Below, in pieces: positions 38,043 through 47,508 of a DNA stretch of 64,000 bases. The stretch is from assembly GCA_963700285.1 (NCBI GenBank), contig CAVOXA010000001.1:160001-224000 (forward strand), given 5' to 3'. Within the stretch, counting starts at the first letter, position 1. Each line of letters begins with the position of its first letter. The translations under genes and the position numbers were made by a program. The notes beneath the pieces are model-generated. The model saw only the letters and a list, made by a program, of their open reading frames with translations, was not told where the DNA came from and ran no database searches. The DNA is from an uncultured Chloroflexia bacterium. GTDB taxonomy: Bacteria; Chloroflexota; Anaerolineae; JAAYZQ01.

Positions 38043-38277
38043 TACTGATACTACAACGAATGGAGAAATCAACGAATTGTCCTGCACTGCGGCCCTTCGT
38101 TTCTTTCTAAATTCGGTGTAGTATCCCAAGTCAACCACTTACAGATTCCCTCTGCCGATCCCCGGCTCCCCTTCGAACTAGACGGCGCTTCTACCGCTCG
38201 TTTGCGGCAGCCGAAGGCCCTCGTTGAACCCTCGTTCAAACGGCTTTGTCACCCTTGCCGTACTTATTCTCCCCCAG

Positions 38278-38306
38278 TTGCTTTTTGGGCCAAACTCGTG
38301 TAAAAT
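38278..38306 (+). promoter_or_regulatory. Sigma70 promoter of the MalT-like regulator
   Basis: TTGCTT-N17-TAAAAT. Confidence 0.5.
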
Positions 38307-38359
38307 CTCGGGCAGGGTTTTGCTCCAACTGTAAGTCAAGGAACTCTGCAGGTATAGCT

Positions 38360-41143
38360 GTGACGGCATCGGACACCGAGATACCTACAATCGAACCCAT
38401 AATCATCCTAAAGGCCAAGCTAAACCGGCCCAGCGTAACGCGCGAGCTACTTGTCCGTCCGCGCCTGCTGGATCTGCTCAACAGCGGCCTCCACCGCCGG
38501 CTGACCGTGGTCTCTGCTCCGGCTGGCTTTGGCAAGACGACCCTCGTCAGCTCGTGGCTCGACGGCATGGCCGCAACCAATGAGGGGGATCCTGCATCCC
38601 TGCCTGCGGTGTGGCTGTCGCTGGACGAACACGACAGCGACCTGGCCATCTTTCTGTCCTACTTGATTGCCGCCCTCCGCCAACCCTTCCCCAGCGCGGC
38701 TTCAGAGACCCTGGCGCTCTTGCAGGCGCCGCAGCAACCGCCCACGGGAATGCTCTTCACTACGCTCAACAACGAGATAGAGGCCCTCCCCAGGGAGTTT
38801 GTGCTGGTGCTGGACGACTACCATCTCCTGAGCGGTCAGGATGTCCATGACTTCACCGATAGTCTGGTGCGCTATTGCCCGCGCCCCCTGCATCTGGTGT
38901 TGATTTCGCGCGTCGATCCTCCACTTCCACTGGTGAGCCTGCAAGCCAGGGCCAAGATCAGCATGATACGCACAGCAGACTTGAGGTTCAATAGCGAGGA
39001 GATAGCCACATACCTTGATCGGGCGCTCGAAATACCGCTCGGCCAGCAGGACCGTGCCCTGTTGGGGCAGCGAACCGGGGGGTGGATCGCCGCCCTACGG
39101 CTGGCCACGCTGTCGCTGCGCAGTACCATCGATGTCGAAGGCGTTCCGCACATTCTGGCGCGCACTGGAAGGAGCATTTCCGACTATTTGCAGGATGAGA
39201 TTCTTGAGCAGCAGGTACCCGCAATCCAGACCTTCCTGCTCAAAAGCTCCATCCTGGAACCTTTCTGTCCTTCGCTGTGCGAAGCGGTCGTCGGGCCGAG
39301 CGACCCGGCATGGAGCGTTCACGCATGCGTCGATTGGCTCGAACGCGCAGACCTCTTGGTTTCCTACCAGGATGAGCGCAGGACATGGTATCGCTATCAC
39401 GCGCTGTTGCGTGACTTTCTCCGGGAGAGACTGCGAACCAGACTCGGGGAAGAAGTGGCGGCCGGCTTGCACCACAAGGCTGCGACCTGGTTCGCACAAG
39501 AAGGCATGCTGCACGAAGCCGTGCGGCACGCGCTGGAGGGCAGGAATCACGACCTGGCTGCCTCACTCATCGAAGAAAGGCTGAGCGACGAAATCAGCCA
39601 TGAGGACCAGGCCAGGCTGGAACACTGGCTGGCCGTACTGCCGGAAGAGATTGTCGAGCGCCGGCCCTCGCTCCTGATGTTGAAGGCGTGGGCTTTGGAA
39701 CACTCATGGCAACTCGGCAGACAGTCGAAGGTGGTGTCTCAAGTGGAAGCGCTGATAGAGGAGGACGGCGGAGCAGCTTTATCGCCGGAGGAGGTGCGCC
39801 TCCTGCGCGGGCAAGTCCTGGCACTCCAAGGCCAGTACGCGTACCTTAGCAACGAAGCGGCCCGCTGCGTGGCCTGTTGCGAAGAGGCGCTGGCACTCCT
39901 GCCAACCTCCTGGACATACCCGCGCGCTGGCGCCATGCTCTTCTGGGGCATGGGTATGGGAGCCATGGGTCAGGACCAGGCAGCCGAGCGCGTGCTGCTC
40001 GACGAGTACGAGTCTCTGGACGACAAGCTGACCGGCTATGCACTCCGTATCCTGGTGGCTCAGTGCTTCAACTACTTCAACACCGGCCACCTCGAGCTGA
40101 CCCGTCAAACCGCCCAGGTGCTGCTCCAACAGGCTATCCGCGGCGGGTTGGTAGTTATCCGAGGGTGGGCCCACATGTTATTGGGCATCGTGTCCTATCA
40201 GTGGAACGATCTGGATCGAGCCGGTTCGCACTTGGCAGACATCGTCGGCCAGCGCTACCTGGGCCAAGCCCTCACCGCGTACCATGGCATGGCATGCCTG
40301 GCGTTGGTCCATCAGGCCCGTGGCGAGAGCGCCGAGGCCTGGCGGCTGGTGGAACTCCTCAGTGGCTTTCAGGTGGAGCAGAGGGGGTATGAACAGGACG
40401 ACACCCGCTCCCTGCGCGCCAGGCTGATGCTCGCCCAGGGCGATCGGGAAGGGGCGTTCCGCTGGGCGGATGTATTCACCGCTGCAGTGCCAGATGGACC
40501 GCTGTGGTGGGTAGAGGTGCCGCACATCACCAGGGCACGCATCCTGTTGGCGCGGAATCGTGCGGACGACGTGCGTTTGGCGCTGCAGATCCTGGCTGAG
40601 CTCCTCGAGATTGCCGAACGAACCCATAATACGCGTGCCAAAATCACCATCTTGGCACTGCGTGCGCTGGCGCTGGACGCCCAAGGGCAGACTGAGGACG
40701 CCTTTCTTGCGCTGCGAGAGGCTGTCGACTTGGCGCGACCCGGTGGCTTCCTTCGGGTCTTTGTCGACCTGGGCCCGCCTATGGAGGAGCTGCTGGGCCA
40801 GCTTGCCGGACAAGGCTCTGCCGCAGAGCCCGTGCGTCGAATTCTGGCTGCCTTCCCGGGCGACACACCGGCGGTGACCGGCGATATACAAGCGCCACCC
40901 CGGCAGAGCGACGGTTCGGCATCCAGCATTCCGGGTCTCATCGAACCCTTGACCCCCCGCGAACTGGAGGTCCTGGCGCTGCTGCGTGAGCCCATGTCGC
41001 CCCAGGAGATCGCTCGCCAGCTCGACATCTCTTATTTGACCGTGAAACGCCATTCGATCAACCTTTACGGGAAGCTCGGCGTCAATGCGCGCTGGGACGC
41101 AATAAACAGGGCCATCGAGCTAAAGATCCTGCCTCCGCGCTAG
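38360..41143 (+). CDS. MalT-like ATP-dependent LuxR-family activator (STAND ATPase-TPR-HTH)
   Basis: KLNRP..RPRL, SAPAGFGKTT, WLSLDEHD, LVLDDYH, DLRF, GW, WYRYHAL; C-terminal EPLTPRELEVL..IARQL.IS..TVKRH..NLYGKLGV. Confidence 0.92.
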   Translation: MTASDTEIPTIEPIIILKAKLNRPSVTRELLVRPRLLDLLNSGLHRRLTVVSAPAGFGKTTLVSSWLDGMAATNEGDPASLPAVWLSLDEHDSDLAIFLSYLIAALRQPFPSAASETLALLQAPQQPPTGMLFTTLNNEIEALPREFVLVLDDYHLLSGQDVHDFTDSLVRYCPRPLHLVLISRVDPPLPLVSLQARAKISMIRTADLRFNSEEIATYLDRALEIPLGQQDRALLGQRTGGWIAALRLATLSLRSTIDVEGVPHILARTGRSISDYLQDEILEQQVPAIQTFLLKSSILEPFCPSLCEAVVGPSDPAWSVHACVDWLERADLLVSYQDERRTWYRYHALLRDFLRERLRTRLGEEVAAGLHHKAATWFAQEGMLHEAVRHALEGRNHDLAASLIEERLSDEISHEDQARLEHWLAVLPEEIVERRPSLLMLKAWALEHSWQLGRQSKVVSQVEALIEEDGGAALSPEEVRLLRGQVLALQGQYAYLSNEAARCVACCEEALALLPTSWTYPRAGAMLFWGMGMGAMGQDQAAERVLLDEYESLDDKLTGYALRILVAQCFNYFNTGHLELTRQTAQVLLQQAIRGGLVVIRGWAHMLLGIVSYQWNDLDRAGSHLADIVGQRYLGQALTAYHGMACLALVHQARGESAEAWRLVELLSGFQVEQRGYEQDDTRSLRARLMLAQGDREGAFRWADVFTAAVPDGPLWWVEVPHITRARILLARNRADDVRLALQILAELLEIAERTHNTRAKITILALRALALDAQGQTEDAFLALREAVDLARPGGFLRVFVDLGPPMEELLGQLAGQGSAAEPVRRILAAFPGDTPAVTGDIQAPPRQSDGSASSIPGLIEPLTPRELEVLALLREPMSPQEIARQLDISYLTVKRHSINLYGKLGVNARWDAINRAIELKILPPR

Positions 41144-41196
41144 CCTCACTGCACCTTTCTGCGGCCCACAGGCAGCCCCCGGGTCGCAGCGAAATA

Positions 41197-41269
41197 CCAT
41201 TCTACACCCTTTTGCACCCCAAATTGCACCTTCTCGATGGTATCGCCCTGCGCGCGACCAAGATATACT
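41197..41269 (+). promoter_or_regulatory. Island promoter motif copy 3
   Basis: TACACCC 41203, TGCACCC 41213, TGCACCT 41225; TATCGC 41241; TATACT 41264. Confidence 0.75.
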
Positions 41270-41308
41270 CTATGCTATGGATCACCAAAACCGACGAGTT
41301 GGCTCACA

Positions 41309-41365
41309 GGTGTGCTGACCGATGAAGAGTTCGGGGCTGCCAAGCAACAAATGCTGGCGGGCTGA
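41309..41365 (+). pseudogene. SHOCT-domain remnant
   Basis: GVLTDEEFGAAKQQMLAG* with no suitable start. Confidence 0.5.
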
Positions 41366-41406
41366 GGGGTTAGGACTTCCACACCGGTTGCTGAAAGGGA
41401 TTTAAG

Positions 41407-41523
41407 ATGATCGAAGCTGGAACGATCCTCATTGCAGCAGGCTACCTGGCACTTGTGTTGGTGGCAGGCCTGCTGGCCAGGCGACCGGCTCGTGTGCCTG
41501 TTGCCGCTAAAATTCGAAAATAA
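41407..41523 (+). CDS. 38-aa single-TM small protein
   Basis: RBS AAAGGGA 6 nt upstream; MIEAGTILIAAGYLALVLVAGLLARRPARVPVAAKIRK*. Confidence 0.55.
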   Translation: MIEAGTILIAAGYLALVLVAGLLARRPARVPVAAKIRK

Positions 41524-41723
41524 AGGCAACGAGCCAATTCGCGCGGGCGGCCTCTGTCGTCTTGCCACTGATCTTGATTCCGACCGCGCCGATTGGGTAG
41601 AAGCAGCGATGCCGTGGCAGCAGACGCGGCAGATGTGCCAGCGTCCTGAAGTGCTCGAGATTGATAGCATATGGTCACGGAAACCTGGGGGTTCAAACCA
41701 AAATAGAGATAAGGGGAAGGTGT

Positions 41724-41975
41724 ATGACCATCAGTCAATATGAGTTTGACTCGCCGGGCACGTACCGGATCCAGGTTAGTGGAACCTTGGACAGTGCATG
41801 GTCCGATCGGCTGGGGGGCATGACCATCACCACCGGGAACGAGGGGGACGATCCACCCGTGACCACGCTGTACGGCGAGTTGGCGGACGAGGCCGCCCTG
41901 GCCGGCGTGCTGAGCGCCCTCTATAACCTGGGCTGCTCGTTGCAGTCGATGAAAAAGATCAAGGAGAAGCGATAG
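41724..41975 (+). CDS. Small conserved hypothetical protein (ACT/ferredoxin-like pattern)
   Basis: RBS AAGGGGAAGG; YRIQVSGTLDSAWSDRLGGM..TTLYGELADEAALAGVL..LYNLG. Confidence 0.75.
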   Translation: MTISQYEFDSPGTYRIQVSGTLDSAWSDRLGGMTITTGNEGDDPPVTTLYGELADEAALAGVLSALYNLGCSLQSMKKIKEKR

Positions 41976-42069
41976 ATCGGAAAGGAGATGCGCGCCATCA
42001 CCGAAGCGGCGCAGCAAATGTATCCAAGGGTGTCGGAAACTGAATCGCATCAGAAGGGAGAGTTTTAGC

Positions 42070-43557
42070 ATGTCAGAAGAGAAAAAGGGTTTCAGGTTCC
42101 CAACCGCCTACACCATCCTGTTCCTCCTGATCATCATCGTGGTCATTGCCACCTGGGTGGTTCCAGCCGGGCAGTACGAGCGGAACGAAGATGGGGAGCC
42201 GATCCCGGGCACCTACCACCAGGTGGAGTCCAACCCGCAGAAGATCATTGCCGATGGCCTGATGGCGCCCATCAACGGGATGTACGGCCTCCAGGGGGAG
42301 GACGGCAGCGTCAGCGTCTACAACGCTGGCGACCTCTACGGAGCCATCGACGTGGCCCTCTTTGTCCTGGTTATCGGCGGCTTTTTGGCCATCACCATGG
42401 CTACCGGCGCCATTGACGCCGGCATCGGCAAGATCACCGTCGCGCTGAAGGGCAAAGAAAAGTGGATGATCGCCATCCTGATGGCTGTTTTTGCCACCGG
42501 CGGCACCACATACGGCATGGCCGAGGAGACACTGGCCTTCTATGGCCTGATCATCGCGGTCATGATCGCGGCCGGCTATGATGCCGTGGTGGGCGTGGCC
42601 ACTGTCATGCTGGGCGCCGGCATCGGCACCCTGGCCTCAACGGTAAACCCCTTTGCCACCGGTGTGGCCTCGGCCTTTGCCGGCATATCGGTCGCAGATG
42701 GCCTGGTGTCGAGGCTGTTCATTCTCATCGTTGGTACCATCATCGGCATCATCTTTGTCACCCGTTACGCTGAAAAGGTGCGCAAGGATCCCTCCAAGTC
42801 GCTCGTCTATGACAAAAAGGAGGAGAACGAGAAGCACTTTTTGAAGAGCATGGGCACTGAGGCGATGCCCGAGTTTACGGGCCGGCGCAAGGTGGCATTG
42901 GGTCTCTTTGGCCTGGCCTTCCTGGTTATGATCTTTGGCGTCATCCCCTGGAATGACCTGGGGATCCCCCTCCCGCAGTTGAATTGGTGGTTCGGCGAAT
43001 TCGCGGCCATCTTTTTGGGTTTTGCCATCGTCATCGGCTACGTAGGCAAGGTTGGCGGCGAGGCGAAAATCTCCGAGATCTTTATCAACGGCGCCCGCGA
43101 TATGCTGGGTGTGGCCCTGATCATCGGCGTCGCCCGCGGCGTGAGCGTGATCATGAACAACGGCCTGATCGTCGACACGGTGCTGTCCTGGGCCGAAGCG
43201 GCTCTATCGAACGCAGGTGGCGTGGTATTTATCAACTTTACCCACCTGCTCTACCTGCCCCTCGGCTTTCTGATCCCCTCCTCGTCTGGCCTGGCCACGG
43301 TGACGATGCCCATCATGTCGCCCCTGGCGGATTTTGCCTCCGTAGATCGCAGCCTGGTCGTCACCGCCTTCCAGTCTGCCAGCGGTTTGCTCAATCTGGT
43401 CAATCCCACCTTTGCGGTGGTGATGGGCGGCCTGGCGCTGGGCCGGGTGGGCTATGACAAGTGGCTGCGCTTTACCCTGCCGCTGTTGATCATCCTTTTG
43501 ATCGTATACGCCGTCGTTTTGAGCATCGGCGTATTCCTGCCGGGTCAGATTTTCTAG
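42070..43557 (+). CDS. YfcC/ArcD-type basic amino acid antiporter
   Basis: FPTAYTILF, TWVVPAGQY, GTTYGMAEE, IPSSSG..MPI; many TMs; upstream of arcB. Confidence 0.85.
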   Translation: MSEEKKGFRFPTAYTILFLLIIIVVIATWVVPAGQYERNEDGEPIPGTYHQVESNPQKIIADGLMAPINGMYGLQGEDGSVSVYNAGDLYGAIDVALFVLVIGGFLAITMATGAIDAGIGKITVALKGKEKWMIAILMAVFATGGTTYGMAEETLAFYGLIIAVMIAAGYDAVVGVATVMLGAGIGTLASTVNPFATGVASAFAGISVADGLVSRLFILIVGTIIGIIFVTRYAEKVRKDPSKSLVYDKKEENEKHFLKSMGTEAMPEFTGRRKVALGLFGLAFLVMIFGVIPWNDLGIPLPQLNWWFGEFAAIFLGFAIVIGYVGKVGGEAKISEIFINGARDMLGVALIIGVARGVSVIMNNGLIVDTVLSWAEAALSNAGGVVFINFTHLLYLPLGFLIPSSSGLATVTMPIMSPLADFASVDRSLVVTAFQSASGLLNLVNPTFAVVMGGLALGRVGYDKWLRFTLPLLIILLIVYAVVLSIGVFLPGQIF

Positions 43558-43738
43558 CCAGGTACTCAACTTTGGGAGGAGGGCGTGTATGCTTCGAAGC
43601 CCACCGGAGTGACGATGGACCCTTCGACTGCGCTCCCCTCGGCAGCCCGGGGCAGGCAGGGCATGCGATGGACGAAACACGCAACACGAATGACAAAGGC
43701 TCATAGACCATTTTTTGACATTGAAAGGGAGGTTTGAA

Positions 43739-44740
43739 ATGGCATTCAATCTGCGCAACCGGAGTTTCCTGAAACTGCTGGACTTTACGCCCGAGGAGAT
43801 CAAGTTCCTCCTCAAGCTGTCGGCGGACCTCAAGGCGGCCAAGTACGGCGGCTACGAGGTGCCAACCTTGACGGGCAAGAACATTGCCCTCATCTTTGAA
43901 AAGTCGTCGACCCGCACCCGAACCTCTTTCGAGGTGGCGGCCTACGACCAGGGCGCCAACGTGACCTACCTGGGGCCGGGGGGCTCGCACATCGGCCACA
44001 AAGAGACGATGAAGGATACGGCCCGGGTGCTGGGCAGAACCTACGATGGCATCGAGTACCGGGGCTTTGCCCAGAAAACCGTCGAGACCCTGGCCGAGTA
44101 TGCCGGCGTGCCGGTGTGGAACGGCCTGACCGACGAGTTCCACCCCACCCAGATCCTGGCCGACGTGCTGACCATGACCGAACATACCTACAAGAACCTG
44201 CCCGAGATTGCCTACTGTTTCCTGGGCGACGCACGCAACAATATGGGCAACAGCCTGATGGTAGGCGGCTGCAAGCTGGGCATGGATGTGCGCTTGTGCG
44301 GCCCCAAGCACCTGTGGCCGGCGGAAGAACTCGTCGCCCAGTGCCGCGAGATTGCGGCCGAAACCGGCGCGCGGCTGACCCTGGCCGACGACGTGGCCGA
44401 GGCCGTCAAGGGCGCCGACTATCTCTACACCGACGTGTGGGTCTCCATGGGCGAGCCCGATTCCGTCTGGGAAGAGCGGGTCAAACTGCTCAAGCCCTAC
44501 CAGGTCAACGCCAAGGCCATGGAGCTAACCGGCAATCCCGACGCCAAGTTTATGCACTGCCTGCCGGCCTTCCACAACACCGAGACCGAGGTTGGCAAAG
44601 AGATGTACGAAAAGTTCGGGCTCGAGGGCATGGAGGTCACCGAAGAGGTCTTTGAATCCGCGGCCTCCATCGTCTTTGACGAGGCCGAAAACCGGATGCA
44701 CACCATCAAAGCCATCATGGTCGCTACGCTAGGAGACTAG
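43739..44740 (+). CDS. arcB: Ornithine carbamoyltransferase (catabolic context)
   Basis: [30 protein letters not shown]. Confidence 0.93.
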   Translation: MAFNLRNRSFLKLLDFTPEEIKFLLKLSADLKAAKYGGYEVPTLTGKNIALIFEKSSTRTRTSFEVAAYDQGANVTYLGPGGSHIGHKETMKDTARVLGRTYDGIEYRGFAQKTVETLAEYAGVPVWNGLTDEFHPTQILADVLTMTEHTYKNLPEIAYCFLGDARNNMGNSLMVGGCKLGMDVRLCGPKHLWPAEELVAQCREIAAETGARLTLADDVAEAVKGADYLYTDVWVSMGEPDSVWEERVKLLKPYQVNAKAMELTGNPDAKFMHCLPAFHNTETEVGKEMYEKFGLEGMEVTEEVFESAASIVFDEAENRMHTIKAIMVATLGD

Positions 44741-44743
44741 CGG

Positions 44744-45109
44744 ATGATCAAGATCCTTCCTCAATCCTCACAGTCGTGCATTGGTGTGCTGGTGAGCGGC
44801 AGCATGACATCAGAAGATTACAAAGCATTGCTGCCCCTCCTGGACAAGGCCATCGCCGCATCTGGCAGGGTGAACCTGCTGGTCATGATGCGGGACTTTG
44901 AGGGCTGGGCGGGGCTGGAGCCGCTCACAACTGATTTCGAGCTTGGCGCAAACCAGTACCGGCAGGTAGAAAAGGCTGCTTTTGTCAGCAAACAGAAGTG
45001 GCTCGAGTGGGCGGTTTGGATCATGGACCCCGTTACCCGCCGCACCCACCAACGTTTTTTCAGCCCTGCCCAGCTTGAGGAAGCCTGGAAGTGGATCGAG
45101 GAAGAGTAG
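44744..45109 (+). CDS. SpoIIAA-like (STAS/SEC14) protein
   Basis: [22 protein letters not shown]...LEEAWKWI. Confidence 0.75.
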   Translation: MIKILPQSSQSCIGVLVSGSMTSEDYKALLPLLDKAIAASGRVNLLVMMRDFEGWAGLEPLTTDFELGANQYRQVEKAAFVSKQKWLEWAVWIMDPVTRRTHQRFFSPAQLEEAWKWIEEE

Positions 45110-45123
45110 GAAGGAGAATGCTC

Positions 45124-46035
45124 ATGCGTGTCGTAGTTGCGCTGGGAGGCAATGCCCTGCTCAAGCGGGGAGAACCGATGACAGCCGATGTGCAGCGGGC
45201 CAATGTCCAAGTGGCCGCCCGGGCCCTGGCGCCCGTGGCCACCGAACACCAGCTTGTCCTCTCACACGGCAACGGGCCCCAGGTGGGCCTCCTGGCCTTG
45301 CAAGGGGCGGCCTTCAAAGAGGTGGAAGCCTACCCGCTGGATGTACTGGGCGCCCAGACCGAGGGCATGATCGGCTACATGATCGAGCAAGAGCTGGGCA
45401 ACCTCCTGCCCTTCGAGGTGCCCTTTGCCACCATTCTGACCATGGTCGAGGTGGATGCGGAGGACCCGGCCTTCAAAGACCCTACCAAGTTCGTCGGGCC
45501 GGTCTACGAGGAAGGGGAGGCCAAGAGGCTGGCCGCTGAGAAGGGCTGGGTCGTCAAGCCAGACGGCAAGATGTGGCGCCGGGTGGTGCCCTCTCCGCTG
45601 CCCAAACGGATCTTTGAGCTGCGGCCCATCAAGTGGCTGCTGGAAAAGGGGACCGTCGTGGTCTGCGCCGGGGGCGGCGGCATTCCGGTCATGTACAAGA
45701 AGGGCGCTGATCGGGTCCTGGTCGGGGTCGAGGCCGTCATCGACAAGGACCGGGCCACAGAGCTGCTGGCCCGCGAACTGGAGGCCGATATGTACATTAT
45801 GGCCACCGACGTGGACGGCGTCTATGTCGACTGGGGCACGCCGCAGGCGCGGCGCATCCACCGCGCCACGCCCGCGGAGATGGATTCCTACGAGTTCGCC
45901 GCGGGTTCGATGGGGCCCAAGGTCGAAGCGGCCTGCACCTTTGTGCGCGAGACTGGCAAACTGGCCGCCATCGGTTCGCTAGCCGACATCGAGGCCATCG
46001 TGAAGGGTGAGGCGGGAACGATTGTGCAGCCATAA
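45124..46035 (+). CDS. arcC: Carbamate kinase
   Basis: [43 protein letters not shown]. Confidence 0.95.
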   Translation: MRVVVALGGNALLKRGEPMTADVQRANVQVAARALAPVATEHQLVLSHGNGPQVGLLALQGAAFKEVEAYPLDVLGAQTEGMIGYMIEQELGNLLPFEVPFATILTMVEVDAEDPAFKDPTKFVGPVYEEGEAKRLAAEKGWVVKPDGKMWRRVVPSPLPKRIFELRPIKWLLEKGTVVVCAGGGGIPVMYKKGADRVLVGVEAVIDKDRATELLARELEADMYIMATDVDGVYVDWGTPQARRIHRATPAEMDSYEFAAGSMGPKVEAACTFVRETGKLAAIGSLADIEAIVKGEAGTIVQP

Positions 46036-46133
46036 AGCCTGGCCAAGGATGGTGCGCCAGAATACTGGCGGCGCATAACACGCTGCGTCACAAGACCTTT
46101 CGTCCTTGGTCTCCAATTGAAAGGAGCCTGAGA

Positions 46134-47366
46134 ATGGCAAACGAATTTGGAGTACACTCAGAAGTAGGGAAACTACGCAAAGTCATCGTCCATCGCCCGG
46201 GGCTGGAGATGCGGCGTTTGACGCCGAGCAACTGCCAGGAGCTCTTGTTCGACGACGTGATCTGGGCGCGCAAGGCGCGAGGGGAACACGATGCCTTTGT
46301 GGACCTGATGCGGGCGGAATTCGGCGTCGACGTCATGCGCGTCCACGAACTGCTCCAGGGCGTCGTGGACGACCCCGAGGGCCGGGCCTATATCCTGGAC
46401 CGCAAGCTGGTGCCGAACGAGGTAGGACCGGGCGGAGCGGTCGAGCTGCGGGCCTGGATGGACGAGATGGACTCGGCCAAGCTGGTCGCCCACCTCATCG
46501 GCGGCGTGACCGTGGCCGAACTGCCCGAGGATTTTCGCAGACTGGCCGAGAAGGCTTACACCGGCACGGAATTCGTGCTGCCGCCGCTGCCCAACCAGCT
46601 CTTCACCCGCGACAGCTCGTGCTGGATCTACAACGGGGTGACGGTCAATCCCATGTTCTGGCCCGCCCGCCGCAAAGAGACGCTGCACCTGACGGCCATC
46701 TACAAGTACCACCCCAGCTTCAAGGGCGGCGATTTCACCATCTGGTGGGGTGACCCTGATGTGGACCACGGCAGCGCCAGCCTCGAGGGCGGCGATGTGA
46801 TGCCCATCGGCAAGGGCGTGGTCCTCATCGGCATGGGCGAGCGGACCACCTACCAGGCCGTCGGCCAGGTGGCCCAGCAGTTGTTCAAGCACAACGGGGC
46901 AGAGCGCGTCATCGCGGCCAAGATGCCGCCCGACCGCGCTAGCATGCACCTGGACACCATCTTTACCTTCTGCGACCGGGACCTGGTGACAATCTATGAG
47001 CCGGTGGTCAACAACATCACGCCTATCAGCTATCGGCCCGGCGACGCCGAGGGCGCACTGGATGTGACCGTCGAGGAGAAGGGCTGGCTGGACGTGGTGC
47101 AAGAGGCGCTGGGTCTCAAGGAACTGCGCGTCGTGCCCACCGGCGGTGACGCCTTTGAGCAGGAACGCGAGCAGTGGGACGACGGCAACAATGTGGTCGC
47201 GCTGCAGCCCGGCCTGGTGGTGGCCTACAATCGCAACGAGTGGACCAATGCCCGGCTGCGCAGGGCCGGCATCACCGTGATGGAGATCGACGGTTCTGAG
47301 CTGGGACGCGGCCGTGGCGGCGGTCACTGCATGACCTGCCCCGTGTTGCGCGATCCGGTCTTCTAG
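46134..47366 (+). CDS. arcA: Arginine deiminase 2
   Basis: [43 protein letters not shown]. Confidence 0.95.
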   Translation: MANEFGVHSEVGKLRKVIVHRPGLEMRRLTPSNCQELLFDDVIWARKARGEHDAFVDLMRAEFGVDVMRVHELLQGVVDDPEGRAYILDRKLVPNEVGPGGAVELRAWMDEMDSAKLVAHLIGGVTVAELPEDFRRLAEKAYTGTEFVLPPLPNQLFTRDSSCWIYNGVTVNPMFWPARRKETLHLTAIYKYHPSFKGGDFTIWWGDPDVDHGSASLEGGDVMPIGKGVVLIGMGERTTYQAVGQVAQQLFKHNGAERVIAAKMPPDRASMHLDTIFTFCDRDLVTIYEPVVNNITPISYRPGDAEGALDVTVEEKGWLDVVQEALGLKELRVVPTGGDAFEQEREQWDDGNNVVALQPGLVVAYNRNEWTNARLRRAGITVMEIDGSELGRGRGGGHCMTCPVLRDPVF

Positions 47367-47508
47367 CGTGGCTGGAGAAGGACTGGCAGTGCAAGCAACC
47401 GAGGTTGCCGACTGCCAGTCCTATTCTGAGGTTAGCACACTTTCGCCCATCCCAAGTACGCGAGGCCTTGGCGTTTCGCGAGAAACGCTGAAGGTAAGGA
47501 GGAGAGAG

